Of a stretch of 64,000 bases of DNA, positions 27,965 through 37,594 are shown piece by piece. Origin of the DNA: Candidatus Latescibacterota bacterium (GTDB taxonomy: Bacteria; Latescibacterota; UBA2968); NCBI GenBank assembly GCA_965204375.1, contig OZ241986.1:1184001-1248000 (forward strand), given 5' to 3'. Numbering within the stretch: position 1 is the first letter of the stretch; the number at the start of each line of letters is the position of its first letter. The notes under the pieces were generated by a model, which searched no databases, was not told the origin of the DNA, and saw only the letters and a list, made by a program, of their open reading frames with translations. A program made the position numbers and the translations under genes.

Positions 27965-28867
27965 ATGGCGCAGGATACTGTAAGAGAGGTCACGACGAGC
28001 ACGGTTCCCCATAGAGTTCTGGGCAAGACCGGAGAGCGGGTGCCTATTCTGGGGTATGGATCGGCTCCCGGTGGGATGGGACTTTCGGATGAGGATGCTA
28101 TTGCACTTTGCCATAAGGTGATTGATCTGGGAGTGACGTATATCGATACGGCGCCCGGATATGGTCGGGCGCATGTGCAACTGGGGCAGGTGATGGCAGA
28201 GCGGCGAGATGAGGTGTTTTTAGTGACCAAGACAGCGGCTGATGAAGCGGAACAAGCCCTGAAGATATTGGAGAATGGGCTGAAAGATTTGCAGACGGAT
28301 CATGTGGATCTGGTTTATGTGCATTCGATGGGCCATAGAGATGTCGATCGGGTGTTGGCTCCCGATGGTGCGCTGGCAGGGTTGCGGGAAGCCCAGCGGC
28401 GGGGTTGGACGCGATTTGTAGGGGTTACCGCGCACAATGCACCCTGGAGGACCGCTCGCGTGTTGCGGGAGGCGGATATAGATGTGGTGATGCTCGCCAT
28501 AAATCTCGCGGATCGCTATACTTATAATTTTGAGAATGAGGTGTTGCCTCTGGCGTATGAGCGGAATGTGGGCGTGGCGGCAATGAAGGTTTATGGCGGA
28601 GCGCAGGGAATGACGTATCAAACGCCCAGGACTTCGGCTTTGACCGCGCATGGCCCACACGACCACGAGGCAGCACTGCGTTACGCGCTGGGATTGCCCG
28701 GCGTTTGCACGGCTGTGATTGGCATGTTTTCGGAGGTAGAGCTGGTGCAGAATCTGGAATGGGCGCGGAGATTTACGCCGCTGAATGCTGCGGATGATAT
28801 TGCTCTTGAGGCTCTTGGCCGAGAGATTGCGGCGGAATGGGGACCGCATTACGGCGCAGTGGAGTAG
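27965..28867 (+). CDS. Aldo/keto reductase
   Basis: RVLGKTG, IDTAPGYG, VFLVTK, DLVYVH. Confidence 0.9.
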   Translation: MAQDTVREVTTSTVPHRVLGKTGERVPILGYGSAPGGMGLSDEDAIALCHKVIDLGVTYIDTAPGYGRAHVQLGQVMAERRDEVFLVTKTAADEAEQALKILENGLKDLQTDHVDLVYVHSMGHRDVDRVLAPDGALAGLREAQRRGWTRFVGVTAHNAPWRTARVLREADIDVVMLAINLADRYTYNFENEVLPLAYERNVGVAAMKVYGGAQGMTYQTPRTSALTAHGPHDHEAALRYALGLPGVCTAVIGMFSEVELVQNLEWARRFTPLNAADDIALEALGREIAAEWGPHYGAVE

Positions 28868-28875
28868 CGTAAAAA

Positions 28876-30858
28876 ATGGCTGAAATCAAAAGGAAACTCT
28901 TCCCATCATCTGTGTTGGCCGAAGATAGCTTGCGCTGGACCGTCGTGGTGCTTTTCTCGGCCACATTGGTTTTTGCCTGTGTTGCCGCAACGTTTTTGGA
29001 GTTCAAATCTCGTTCTGCACATATGGCGATGGCGAATCTGCCTCTGGCGGTGTTGTTGCCCTTTGTGGCATGGCTTCTGGTGAATGCTTTTTTGAAGCGG
29101 TTCGCGCCCCGCTTGTCCATGACTTCTGCAGAGTTGAGGCTTGCGTTGAGCATGCTCTGGGTGGGCGGGTCATTTGCGGGGTATAACTGGATTACGCAGT
29201 GGGTGGGCGCGATGGCGGCGCCGAGATATTATGCGTCGCCCGAGAACCGGTGGCAAGAGTTGATTTTTGACTATTTGCCCTGGTGGATGTTTCCCTCGAA
29301 TTTTCCCGGGGTGACAGAGGGGTTTTTTCTGGGGCTGGAGGAGGGGGCGGCAGTGCCGTGGGGAGCGTGGATAGCTCCGATTTTTTGGGCGATGTCCGCC
29401 GGGTTGGCGATGACGGCTATTGGGCTGGGCTTGACAGCGGTGTTCCAGAAGCAGTGGGTTCGGCACGAACGGTTGACGTATCCACTGGCACAGGTTCCCC
29501 TCGATTTGACGGAAGGATTCGATGGCAAGCGCGGCTGGCCTCCGTTTATGCGGAATTGGTTGTTCTGGGTGGGGTTTGCCGTGGCTGCTTTCCCTTTGTT
29601 GTGGAATCTGATCGAATACTGGACGCCGGGTTTTCCCAGACTGGCGATTTTTGACCCTTATTACGGCCCAAGAGGTCCCAGGGGTGCTGCATTGTCGCGT
29701 TATTTGCAGCCGTTCTCTTATCGGATTTTACCCCCTGTGCTGGGGTTCACCTTTTTGTGCGATCTGAATATCCTGTTTAGCATCTGGTCTTTGTGGCTGG
29801 TCGGTCAGGTGGGGCTTTATGGGATGTCCAGGGTTGGATTTTCAGTGGGTTTGGCCGGGCAAGAGGCTAAACCCACTGCGATTTTGGGCTTGTTCACCCA
29901 TGGCGTGAGCATGGGGCTGGCGGTCTGGGCAATTTGGGTTGCTCGCGGTCATCTGCGGAAGGTTTTTCAGCAGGTGTTACGCCCGCCTGTAGGCGGGGAG
30001 ACGGAAACCGCGATTTTGTCTCCCCGATTAGCCGTGTTTGGGATTTTGGGCGGCGGTATTTATATGGCTTTCTGGTTGTACAGTGCGGGTTATAGCGCGG
30101 GGATTGGGCTGGCCTGGCTGTTGCTTTTCTGGGCGAGTATTCTGGTGGTGATGAAGTTTTTGGCGGCGAGTGGGTTTGCGTATCTCTTTCCGAGTTTTGG
30201 TACTTCGATTCTGGATATGACAGTGGGAGCCAGCCGGATGCAGGAATCTACGCTGGTAGGACTTCGGCTGGTGAATTGGCGTTTGCTGGCAGGTTGGCGT
30301 TTGCCGGCAGCATTGCCCCATGTGGAACGCCTGGTGAGGCCGGCAAAACGGGTTGGTTTGGTGGTAATTGGGAGCCTGATGCTGGGGATGCTGGCGGCAA
30401 TTATTTACACAGTTGCCATCTGCTATGAATCGGGGGGGAGCACTTTCCGCACATGGTCTTTGGTGGGTGCGCCAGTGGGGATGTACGAAGGCATTGCCAA
30501 GGCGGTTGCAGAAACGAACCCGACGGTGACCGATCCGGGAAAAATTGGCGTGTGGGTTCTGGGCGGTGTGATCGCGGGGATTATTCAGGTGATGCAGAGT
30601 CGGTTTTCCTGGTGGCCGTTTCATCCGCTGGGTGTGATGCTGATGTCGAGCGGTTATGTTCGGCTCTATGTGCTGGATATTTTTCTGGTGTGGCTGAGCA
30701 AATTGCTGGTTCTCAGTTTTGGAGGTATTTCACTTTATCGAAAGGTTAAGCCGTGTTGTTATGGGTTGATTGTGGGGTATGTGTTTGCCGTGGGATGCTC
30801 TTTTTTGATTGATTTGATCTGGTTTTCAGAAGGCGGACATTATATTCACGGGTATTAG
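28876..30858 (+). CDS. Polytopic membrane protein, DUF6785/DUF6784-like (putative transporter)
   Basis: YYASPENRW, QWVRHERLTYPL, WWPFHPLG; many TM helices. Confidence 0.7.
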   Translation: MAEIKRKLFPSSVLAEDSLRWTVVVLFSATLVFACVAATFLEFKSRSAHMAMANLPLAVLLPFVAWLLVNAFLKRFAPRLSMTSAELRLALSMLWVGGSFAGYNWITQWVGAMAAPRYYASPENRWQELIFDYLPWWMFPSNFPGVTEGFFLGLEEGAAVPWGAWIAPIFWAMSAGLAMTAIGLGLTAVFQKQWVRHERLTYPLAQVPLDLTEGFDGKRGWPPFMRNWLFWVGFAVAAFPLLWNLIEYWTPGFPRLAIFDPYYGPRGPRGAALSRYLQPFSYRILPPVLGFTFLCDLNILFSIWSLWLVGQVGLYGMSRVGFSVGLAGQEAKPTAILGLFTHGVSMGLAVWAIWVARGHLRKVFQQVLRPPVGGETETAILSPRLAVFGILGGGIYMAFWLYSAGYSAGIGLAWLLLFWASILVVMKFLAASGFAYLFPSFGTSILDMTVGASRMQESTLVGLRLVNWRLLAGWRLPAALPHVERLVRPAKRVGLVVIGSLMLGMLAAIIYTVAICYESGGSTFRTWSLVGAPVGMYEGIAKAVAETNPTVTDPGKIGVWVLGGVIAGIIQVMQSRFSWWPFHPLGVMLMSSGYVRLYVLDIFLVWLSKLLVLSFGGISLYRKVKPCCYGLIVGYVFAVGCSFLIDLIWFSEGGHYIHGY

Positions 30859-30862
30859 GGAG

Positions 30863-32893
30863 TTACTCACGAGAGAGGTGTGGCAGATAACCTTGTTGCT
30901 GGAGTACTTGAATCAGGGATTCGGGGGTTGCCACATTGTTGAGGCTCGCAGTGGTTGGAGAAATGCGGTCGTCTAATGCCTGGGCAATGCGGGGTTGGGC
31001 GTAGAGTTCGTCGAGCAATTCTCGCGTGGCGGTTTTGACTCGTCCGATGGCGGGGAGGATTTCGATCTCGCCGTATTTATCGTCACATTCGGCAATTAAA
31101 GTATCGACCATGTCGGGCAGGCCGCTTGCGCTGTGCTGTGTCAAAAATGAGCGTATCTCGTCCCCTGACAAACCGCGCGCGAATGCGCGGTGAATCGAGT
31201 CGCTAGAGAGATGGAAACACGCCATTACATCCTGTGTTTTGAGGTCGCCGAGGACGCACAGTCTGAGATAGTGCGCGCAAGGAAGATCCGGCGGAGATAA
31301 AACTTCAAAATTGGGCTGTACAACAAATTTTGCCTCTGAATTTTGCAGGGGTATTTGTTCGGTCAGTGCATGGTCATGCGTGTCGTGCAATAGAGCGTAG
31401 CCCGCAGGGGTGATCTGAAAGACTGCCTTTTTGCTGTGCTGCAATGGTGTGGAGAAATTGGGGAAGTTGCCCACGCGGACGACGCCCATCCATGTGAGCG
31501 CACCTGTGATGGTGCGGCGCAGCAATTCATCGGCGGTGGTTCCGGTATGGGATGGGTCTTTGGCAAAATGTCGAAAAGGCTCTGAAAGACGCGTCAGAAA
31601 TTGATAATACGATGGGTACTTCATCCATGTGTCGGTGGGGCAATGCCGAAGGCTTCGCACGATTTCACTGCGGATATTCTTGAGCACTTGCATTCGGGCA
31701 CTGGTGGCTTTGGTGCGGTCGGAAGACCACTCATTCCACCGTTCGCTGTGAAACCAGAATTCAAAGCACGCCTTGCGTATGTCGATGATTTGCCCTACCC
31801 GGGTGCCGGCATCCGGGGTGGTATGCCAGACTGTGCCCTGGGGGATTACCAGTCCCTTTGTTTCGGCAAAGAGCGTGAGAAATTCAATATAGCCCGGATC
31901 GTCCTGGATATGGCAGTATTTGTTCGCGTCGCGCAAGTCGGTTTTGGATATGCCGCCGTGTTTGAGCCTGCGGGGCAAGCGTTGTGTAACAATGCCGAGC
32001 AGTGTGGTCAAATCCCGGATGAGAGAGGCGGTATTCTCGCGTATCGCAGCAGGAGCAGTGGCGGAGGTTTCGAGGAGGGTTTCGAGGCTGCTTTCGAGTT
32101 GTCCCCCCTGGGATTGGGCGATTTTGGATAGGGCTGCACACAGGTCTGAAGCGAGACATATTGCGGCGTTGGGGGCGTGAAGATCGCGGTTCGGCGCGTA
32201 AAAGATCGGCATTTTCCAGAGCATGTCTTCCAATTCTCGGACTGCGGATTCCCCCAATTTGTCGGCGACTTCGCTGCGTGTGATTGCGTTGGTCGGAAGG
32301 AACAAATCGAGAATGGCGCGGCGATCTTCGCTGAGTGTGTTGAGGTAGGCGTGCAGTGTTTTTGTATCGAGCAGAGCATTTCTTATGGCGTTGGATACGA
32401 TGGGTTTGCGCGTGTCTGAAAGGCGCAGGCCAATCTGATCTGCAAAAGCTCGGAGCAAACCCACAGATACGGGTTTCAAGATGACGAGCAGTCGGCCCTG
32501 ATCTGCATCGGGAATGGGGATGGATTTGAGCAACGATTCGGGAATGCCGATTAGAACGTCTGGATCACCCAGTGTGTGTGTGTCTCGAAATACGAGACCG
32601 GTCAGGTCACTGAGTTGTGCCTGGAGACGGGGAAGAAATCCGTTGGCAAATTTTTCAACTGCTTCGGCTTCTAAAAGCTCGCCCCCTTCGGCGGCAAGGG
32701 TCTGTACCATTGCGCGCTGTTCAGGCGATAGGGAACTGAGGCGTTTGGCTACGTGCTCTGGGTCGGGGAGTATGCGGCAGAGCGCGTCGGCAAGGATGGT
32801 TTTGTTGCTGCCACTGGAATCAATACCCACGTCGCGGGCGAGTTGACAGAGTGTGCTGAAGGGATATTGTGTGAGTGCTGTGCGTAGTTTCAT
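30863..32893 (-). CDS. XPB-associated protein with a Helicase_C_3-type C-terminal domain
   Basis: FVVQPNFEVLSPP...FHLSSDSIHRAFARG...EIRSFL..HS...LP..V; no Walker motifs. Confidence 0.8.
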   Translation of the reverse strand: MKLRTALTQYPFSTLCQLARDVGIDSSGSNKTILADALCRILPDPEHVAKRLSSLSPEQRAMVQTLAAEGGELLEAEAVEKFANGFLPRLQAQLSDLTGLVFRDTHTLGDPDVLIGIPESLLKSIPIPDADQGRLLVILKPVSVGLLRAFADQIGLRLSDTRKPIVSNAIRNALLDTKTLHAYLNTLSEDRRAILDLFLPTNAITRSEVADKLGESAVRELEDMLWKMPIFYAPNRDLHAPNAAICLASDLCAALSKIAQSQGGQLESSLETLLETSATAPAAIRENTASLIRDLTTLLGIVTQRLPRRLKHGGISKTDLRDANKYCHIQDDPGYIEFLTLFAETKGLVIPQGTVWHTTPDAGTRVGQIIDIRKACFEFWFHSERWNEWSSDRTKATSARMQVLKNIRSEIVRSLRHCPTDTWMKYPSYYQFLTRLSEPFRHFAKDPSHTGTTADELLRRTITGALTWMGVVRVGNFPNFSTPLQHSKKAVFQITPAGYALLHDTHDHALTEQIPLQNSEAKFVVQPNFEVLSPPDLPCAHYLRLCVLGDLKTQDVMACFHLSSDSIHRAFARGLSGDEIRSFLTQHSASGLPDMVDTLIAECDDKYGEIEILPAIGRVKTATRELLDELYAQPRIAQALDDRISPTTASLNNVATPESLIQVLQQQGYLPHLSRE

Positions 32894-32957
32894 AGTGACA
32901 GTCGTGAATGGTGGGGAGATAGGACTGGCTTTGTCTATTTAACCTTTGTTCAAAATA

Positions 32958-35900
32958 TTATGACCAAACATAGTCGAAACACACCAGATGCAAGTCTTCG
33001 CGTTTGAGCGAAACAGACCTTTGTATGTTGTGGTTCTCTTGCTCAGTTTCGCTTGTTGCAGAAGCGGGCACGGCATTGACCAATTGATGGATATCTTGAT
33101 GTTGTGAGAAAGCTGTGTAAGCAGATCTTAGCTCTCTAATTGCAACCTGCGCCATAGGCTGAGAAAGTTTTCTCATCGCCGATCTCACTTCCTGTCGGGA
33201 AATGGCTGGGCTGTTGAGGTAGCTGCGGAGTAGGGTGATAACATTCTGCTGAATGGGATCGAGTACCTGAGGAGCCGCTGCCACGGCCTGCTGCTCCTGC
33301 ACAGACTGCACAATATCCTCTATTACCTTTTCCTGCACGTTGAATAAATCGCAATCGCCTACTATCCTTGGAGTGTCCTGAGAGCAGGCGATGAGATTGG
33401 TAATCAAGAGACGATTGTCCTTTATCTCGTTTCGGTTTAGATCGTAGTAGCGCCAGAAGTGGCGGCGACCTTCACCGTTAGTTGCGGGTGCGGTGAAGTA
33501 GAAGAATACACCGCGCTCTCCCTTTTGGGCCAAGCCGGAATGAATACCGTCGGGCAGTTCCTCAAGCATTTTTTGAGCACCGGACTCCAGTGCATTGCGA
33601 AGCTGCTGTAATAGAAATTCATTGCTCGCTAACTCCGCGAACTGCTCCTGCTCTTCAATAACACTGTCGTCCTCGTCCATGATGCGGTTTAAAGTATTAA
33701 AATTTCGAGGGTGGACTGTTTCACCCAGTACCGAGGCGTCCAGAAATCCAGCACTATCAATATCTTCAATTTTGCGACTCAGGCTTTCCACCAGTCTCAA
33801 AAGTCGCTCCAGCCCTTCTTCGGGAAACATGTTGTAAACCCATAGTGTCTGAAACTCCGAACCTATGCGATCAATTCGTCCAGCACGCTGCACCATGCGC
33901 GTCGGATTCCAATGCAGGTCGTAATTGAGCAATATGCCACAGTCTTGGAGGTTCTGGCCTTCAGATAAAACATCCGTGGAGATCAGTATATCGATTTCGT
34001 TTTCAGAATTGATTAACTCCTCTTTGCTGTTTGAGCGCGGGGCAAACGCCTCAATAAGTCGTCTGCGATCTTTAGGCGAATTACCGCCGTCCATGCGGCG
34101 AATGAGCGGATTGCCAGCCTTCTTCCTGAATTTCTCGTTGTGTTCTCCAATTAACTCTCGATAGATATATCGTGCAGTGTCCCGGTAGTACGAAAAAACG
34201 ATGACTTTCTCGCCTTTTAGTTCTTGAGAGAGGAGTGTCTTAAGCGTTGTTAGTTTAGCATCCTGATCTGGTTTGATATCGCGAATTAAATGCCAAATTT
34301 TGGTCAGTGCATCTATATCGTATTGTAGCGATTCGTGTAGGCGTCCGAGATCGTACTGTTCAGGGTCTAATATTGGCAGGCTTTCCAGAATTTGTCGCGC
34401 CTCCTCGTTATCGTCCAACTCATTGGCTATACTGGAAGGGGTGCTGTCGTCCTCCTCATTCTCACGATTGAGGAAGCGCATAGCGTGACGAAATGATGTA
34501 CTATTCAATAGCCTGTCGTCCGAAAGATAGCTCTTAAAGGTCGTGGTGAACTCCAGGGCACGTTTTACACTAATGCGAAAGGCTTCTACACTTGACTCAA
34601 AACGCTTCAGGTAGCGGCTTCTAAAAATGCCAGCCAGTGCTACTTCCCTACCTTGTTCAAACGTATCTCTCTCAACGCCCACTTTCTTGTAGGTTTCCAA
34701 CTGATAGGGTGCAAGGCGCAGATTATCTATGGCGTTAACAATTTGTTCATAGATTCCAGCGTATAAGGACTCCAGATCGTAGCGAACAGTCTTGAGCTTG
34801 CGCTCGGGCCATTTTATGGCCTTGCCTTGAATGGTGGCTTCGGGATACGTCTTGCGAATGAACGCTCTGGTACGTCGGATCACGACCTCCTCAAGCAGAT
34901 TAAAGAGCGCAGTACCCATGCGGTGATCGGCTGTATTCTGACGGGCGCGGAGGAAGAACCTGCGTAGATCACCAATTCCCGCGCCAGCGAAGTAGCTTAG
35001 ATCTCCACCTGTGAACAGGTTAATCTGGTTATACAGATCAAAGATATTGTTGTTAATGGGGGTGGCGGTAAGCATGATCAGTTTCTTGCGTCCGCTATCC
35101 TTACCTCTCCTACCATTACCGCTAAGAATGCGCTCAAGATTTTCGTAGCGCTGAGTGTTACTGTTGCGGAAGTTATGAGATTCGTCGATCAGCACCACAT
35201 CCGCATCAGCGTTTTCTTGAGTGTCAAAATCAGCCTGTCCAAGCTCTTCTTGAGAGATGACATTGGCTGAGATAGTAGCGCTTAGCAGCTCATCGTTCCA
35301 CATCTGCCTCAAGGATGCAGGACAGATTACGAGTGCCTTTTGGCGCAGGTGATAGGCGTAGTCTTCCAGCAACTTCTTGCCGATCCAGGTCTTGCCCAGT
35401 CCCACAGAATCGCCAATTAATACACCATCATAGCGTGCCAAAATTTTGCGGGCCTTTTTAACCGCATCTTCTTGAAATTCAGACAGTTCAATGACTGATC
35501 GCGTAGAAGTCGGCATATCGGATTCGAGGTCATCTTTGAAGTACTCGAAAAGGGCCTTCAAATAAACTTGATAAGGCGTGTATTCCTTCTCGCCAAACTT
35601 GGAGGCATCCAGCAGTTCTATGAGGTCGTTTTTGAAATCGCGGGACTGCTTCCAATGCGTTTGGAACCATCTGTCTAATTCGGAGATAGCCTGAGCACCT
35701 ACGCCGCTTGCTAATTGACGACGAAGCTCCATCTCCTCTCGTCCATCAACCGACGGTGGACCTATCTGAGTGATTTCCTCTTCGGCAAGCATTGTCTTGT
35801 GGGAGAGGTTGAGTTCTTTGTTGGTAGTGAGCCCAGCGCCTGTAAAGTTGCTGGAGCCGACAATGGCTGCGACAGGCTGAAAGCGGTCCGCACCACCTAC

Positions 35901-36578
35901 AGGGAGATCGCCGTAGAAGAGGTAAGTCTTGGCGTGGAGGAATCCGCGCTGGTAGGCACGCACCTCCACCAGATCACGACGCAAGAAGGCGATGAGATCT
36001 TCAACGGCTCGGAGGGTGGTTTCATCAAAGGGGGTAGCATTCAGTTCATCTGCCAACCCGAGGGCAGCCCGTGGATGCAATCCTACTGTCTCACCATCCT
36101 TTGGTTCGTCGCCGAGCAGCAGGCGAAAGCTACCAAGCCCTTTTAAGCCTTCCTGAAGCAATGTGAAGCCGCGGACGTTGAAATAGGCTGTGGCGATATC
36201 GAGGGACTTGCCAGAGTGTTCCGCCAAAATTTTATTGAGCACGTTGGCCAAGCGGTGCTTCTCGTTGTCTATGACGTAAGGTATGTGCGCGGGCGACTTC
36301 GTCCAGAATCGGTAATTGGATATGTCCTCTCTGTTTGCCAGACGTACCTGAGATGCCAAAACGGTGGCAATGGCAACTGTCCCACCATCTGGATTGAGAA
36401 ACTCCACCTCAAAGGCTTCTCCATTACCCTGTACATACACAATTGTGCCGACATCGCCCACTTTCAAACCTTTCTTTGGATTGCCATTCTTGATTAGTGG
36501 GCTACCAGATGGTATATCCCATGTGTGATCGACCAGAATTTCAGTTGTAAGCACTACAACGTCTAATTCTTTGAACAT
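32958..36578 (-). CDS. DUF4926 - phospholipase D nuclease - SNF2 helicase fusion
   Basis: N-terminal ELDVVVL...GDVGTIV...FEVEF; LHAK...GSSNFT...NKELN; DSVGLGKT, DESH, LTATP, LSEGQNLQ, QRAGRIDR. Confidence 0.88.
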   Translation of the reverse strand: MFKELDVVVLTTEILVDHTWDIPSGSPLIKNGNPKKGLKVGDVGTIVYVQGNGEAFEVEFLNPDGGTVAIATVLASQVRLANREDISNYRFWTKSPAHIPYVIDNEKHRLANVLNKILAEHSGKSLDIATAYFNVRGFTLLQEGLKGLGSFRLLLGDEPKDGETVGLHPRAALGLADELNATPFDETTLRAVEDLIAFLRRDLVEVRAYQRGFLHAKTYLFYGDLPVGGADRFQPVAAIVGSSNFTGAGLTTNKELNLSHKTMLAEEEITQIGPPSVDGREEMELRRQLASGVGAQAISELDRWFQTHWKQSRDFKNDLIELLDASKFGEKEYTPYQVYLKALFEYFKDDLESDMPTSTRSVIELSEFQEDAVKKARKILARYDGVLIGDSVGLGKTWIGKKLLEDYAYHLRQKALVICPASLRQMWNDELLSATISANVISQEELGQADFDTQENADADVVLIDESHNFRNSNTQRYENLERILSGNGRRGKDSGRKKLIMLTATPINNNIFDLYNQINLFTGGDLSYFAGAGIGDLRRFFLRARQNTADHRMGTALFNLLEEVVIRRTRAFIRKTYPEATIQGKAIKWPERKLKTVRYDLESLYAGIYEQIVNAIDNLRLAPYQLETYKKVGVERDTFEQGREVALAGIFRSRYLKRFESSVEAFRISVKRALEFTTTFKSYLSDDRLLNSTSFRHAMRFLNRENEEDDSTPSSIANELDDNEEARQILESLPILDPEQYDLGRLHESLQYDIDALTKIWHLIRDIKPDQDAKLTTLKTLLSQELKGEKVIVFSYYRDTARYIYRELIGEHNEKFRKKAGNPLIRRMDGGNSPKDRRRLIEAFAPRSNSKEELINSENEIDILISTDVLSEGQNLQDCGILLNYDLHWNPTRMVQRAGRIDRIGSEFQTLWVYNMFPEEGLERLLRLVESLSRKIEDIDSAGFLDASVLGETVHPRNFNTLNRIMDEDDSVIEEQEQFAELASNEFLLQQLRNALESGAQKMLEELPDGIHSGLAQKGERGVFFYFTAPATNGEGRRHFWRYYDLNRNEIKDNRLLITNLIACSQDTPRIVGDCDLFNVQEKVIEDIVQSVQEQQAVAAAPQVLDPIQQNVITLLRSYLNSPAISRQEVRSAMRKLSQPMAQVAIRELRSAYTAFSQHQDIHQLVNAVPASATSETEQENHNIQRSVSLKREDLHLVCFDYVWS

Positions 36579-36691
36579 ATTTGTCTCCTAATCAGCCGAA
36601 TGGATAAGCTCAATTACAATCCTCTATATGTGGTACGTCAACTATGCTTATGTATTTTATCTGCACTACACTGAGGGGATTGATCCGGCTA

Positions 36692-37594
36692 TTAGCGTAG
36701 CAATTCCCTCAGTTCGTCTGGAGTTAGAAGTTTGTTGCCTCTATGCAACATTCTATGGCAGTTAGCACACACAGTAACCGCTTCGTCTATAGTGGATATC
36801 CGCCGTCCTCTAAGGACACTAAACGGCACTAGATGATGACACTCTGCAAAATTCTTCCCTATCTCACCATAGGTTTCAAAGAAGTTAAACTCACAGACCA
36901 CACAGGTGTAATTATCCCGCTCCTTAACCTCTCTTGCTAAATCTGGATTCCTGCGAGTCATCTCTGAGATAATTTCCTGCGTATCCCCCTCTTCAAAATC
37001 GTCCAAGCGCCTCCGCCTGCCTTTGCGTGGGAGAGGTTTAACTCTGCCACTCGTCTCTGCATCTGAGGAGGTGACTATCTGGGAATCCTCATAAACGAGC
37101 TTTTTTTCATAAATGCCGGCCTGAGAGTCATTGCGGGAGTCTAAAATAGCATTGACCAAAGCATTCGGCATCTGGGACTGGATCCTGTCTATAGAAAGTA
37201 CACGAGCGTGAAAGCGATCTTGTTTATCCCGTAGGAAGATGATAAATTGCTTCGGCTGCTGGTTACTATCAAGTAGATCAACAGAATTTTTCCAAAGTGG
37301 GTACCTCATTGAGGATGTAGGTGCTTGAGCTGGGATGCGACATTCACCGGAACGTTGATTTTCAAGAGGGTTTTCGGAAAAACTAATCAATTGTGCCTCA
37401 TAATTATCGTACTTTTCTAGTCGGAATGTCCATTCATTTATCTCTTTTTTTACAGATGAAAGTGAAAAAAATTGTGTGATTTGTTCAGCACTGTTGCCGA
37501 AGGCAATATGCACCTGCCCTCCAACTTGAACTCCGTGTATGACTTGGGTGCTGTATGGGTGTAGCCAAATCCATAACAATTTTTGGACTATCAT
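36692..37594 (-). CDS. HNH endonuclease, McrA-like C-terminus with an unknown N-terminal domain
   Basis: CVVC.FNF...YG..G....ECHH..P...VCANCHRMLH. Confidence 0.87.
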   Translation of the reverse strand: MIVQKLLWIWLHPYSTQVIHGVQVGGQVHIAFGNSAEQITQFFSLSSVKKEINEWTFRLEKYDNYEAQLISFSENPLENQRSGECRIPAQAPTSSMRYPLWKNSVDLLDSNQQPKQFIIFLRDKQDRFHARVLSIDRIQSQMPNALVNAILDSRNDSQAGIYEKKLVYEDSQIVTSSDAETSGRVKPLPRKGRRRRLDDFEEGDTQEIISEMTRRNPDLAREVKERDNYTCVVCEFNFFETYGEIGKNFAECHHLVPFSVLRGRRISTIDEAVTVCANCHRMLHRGNKLLTPDELRELLR

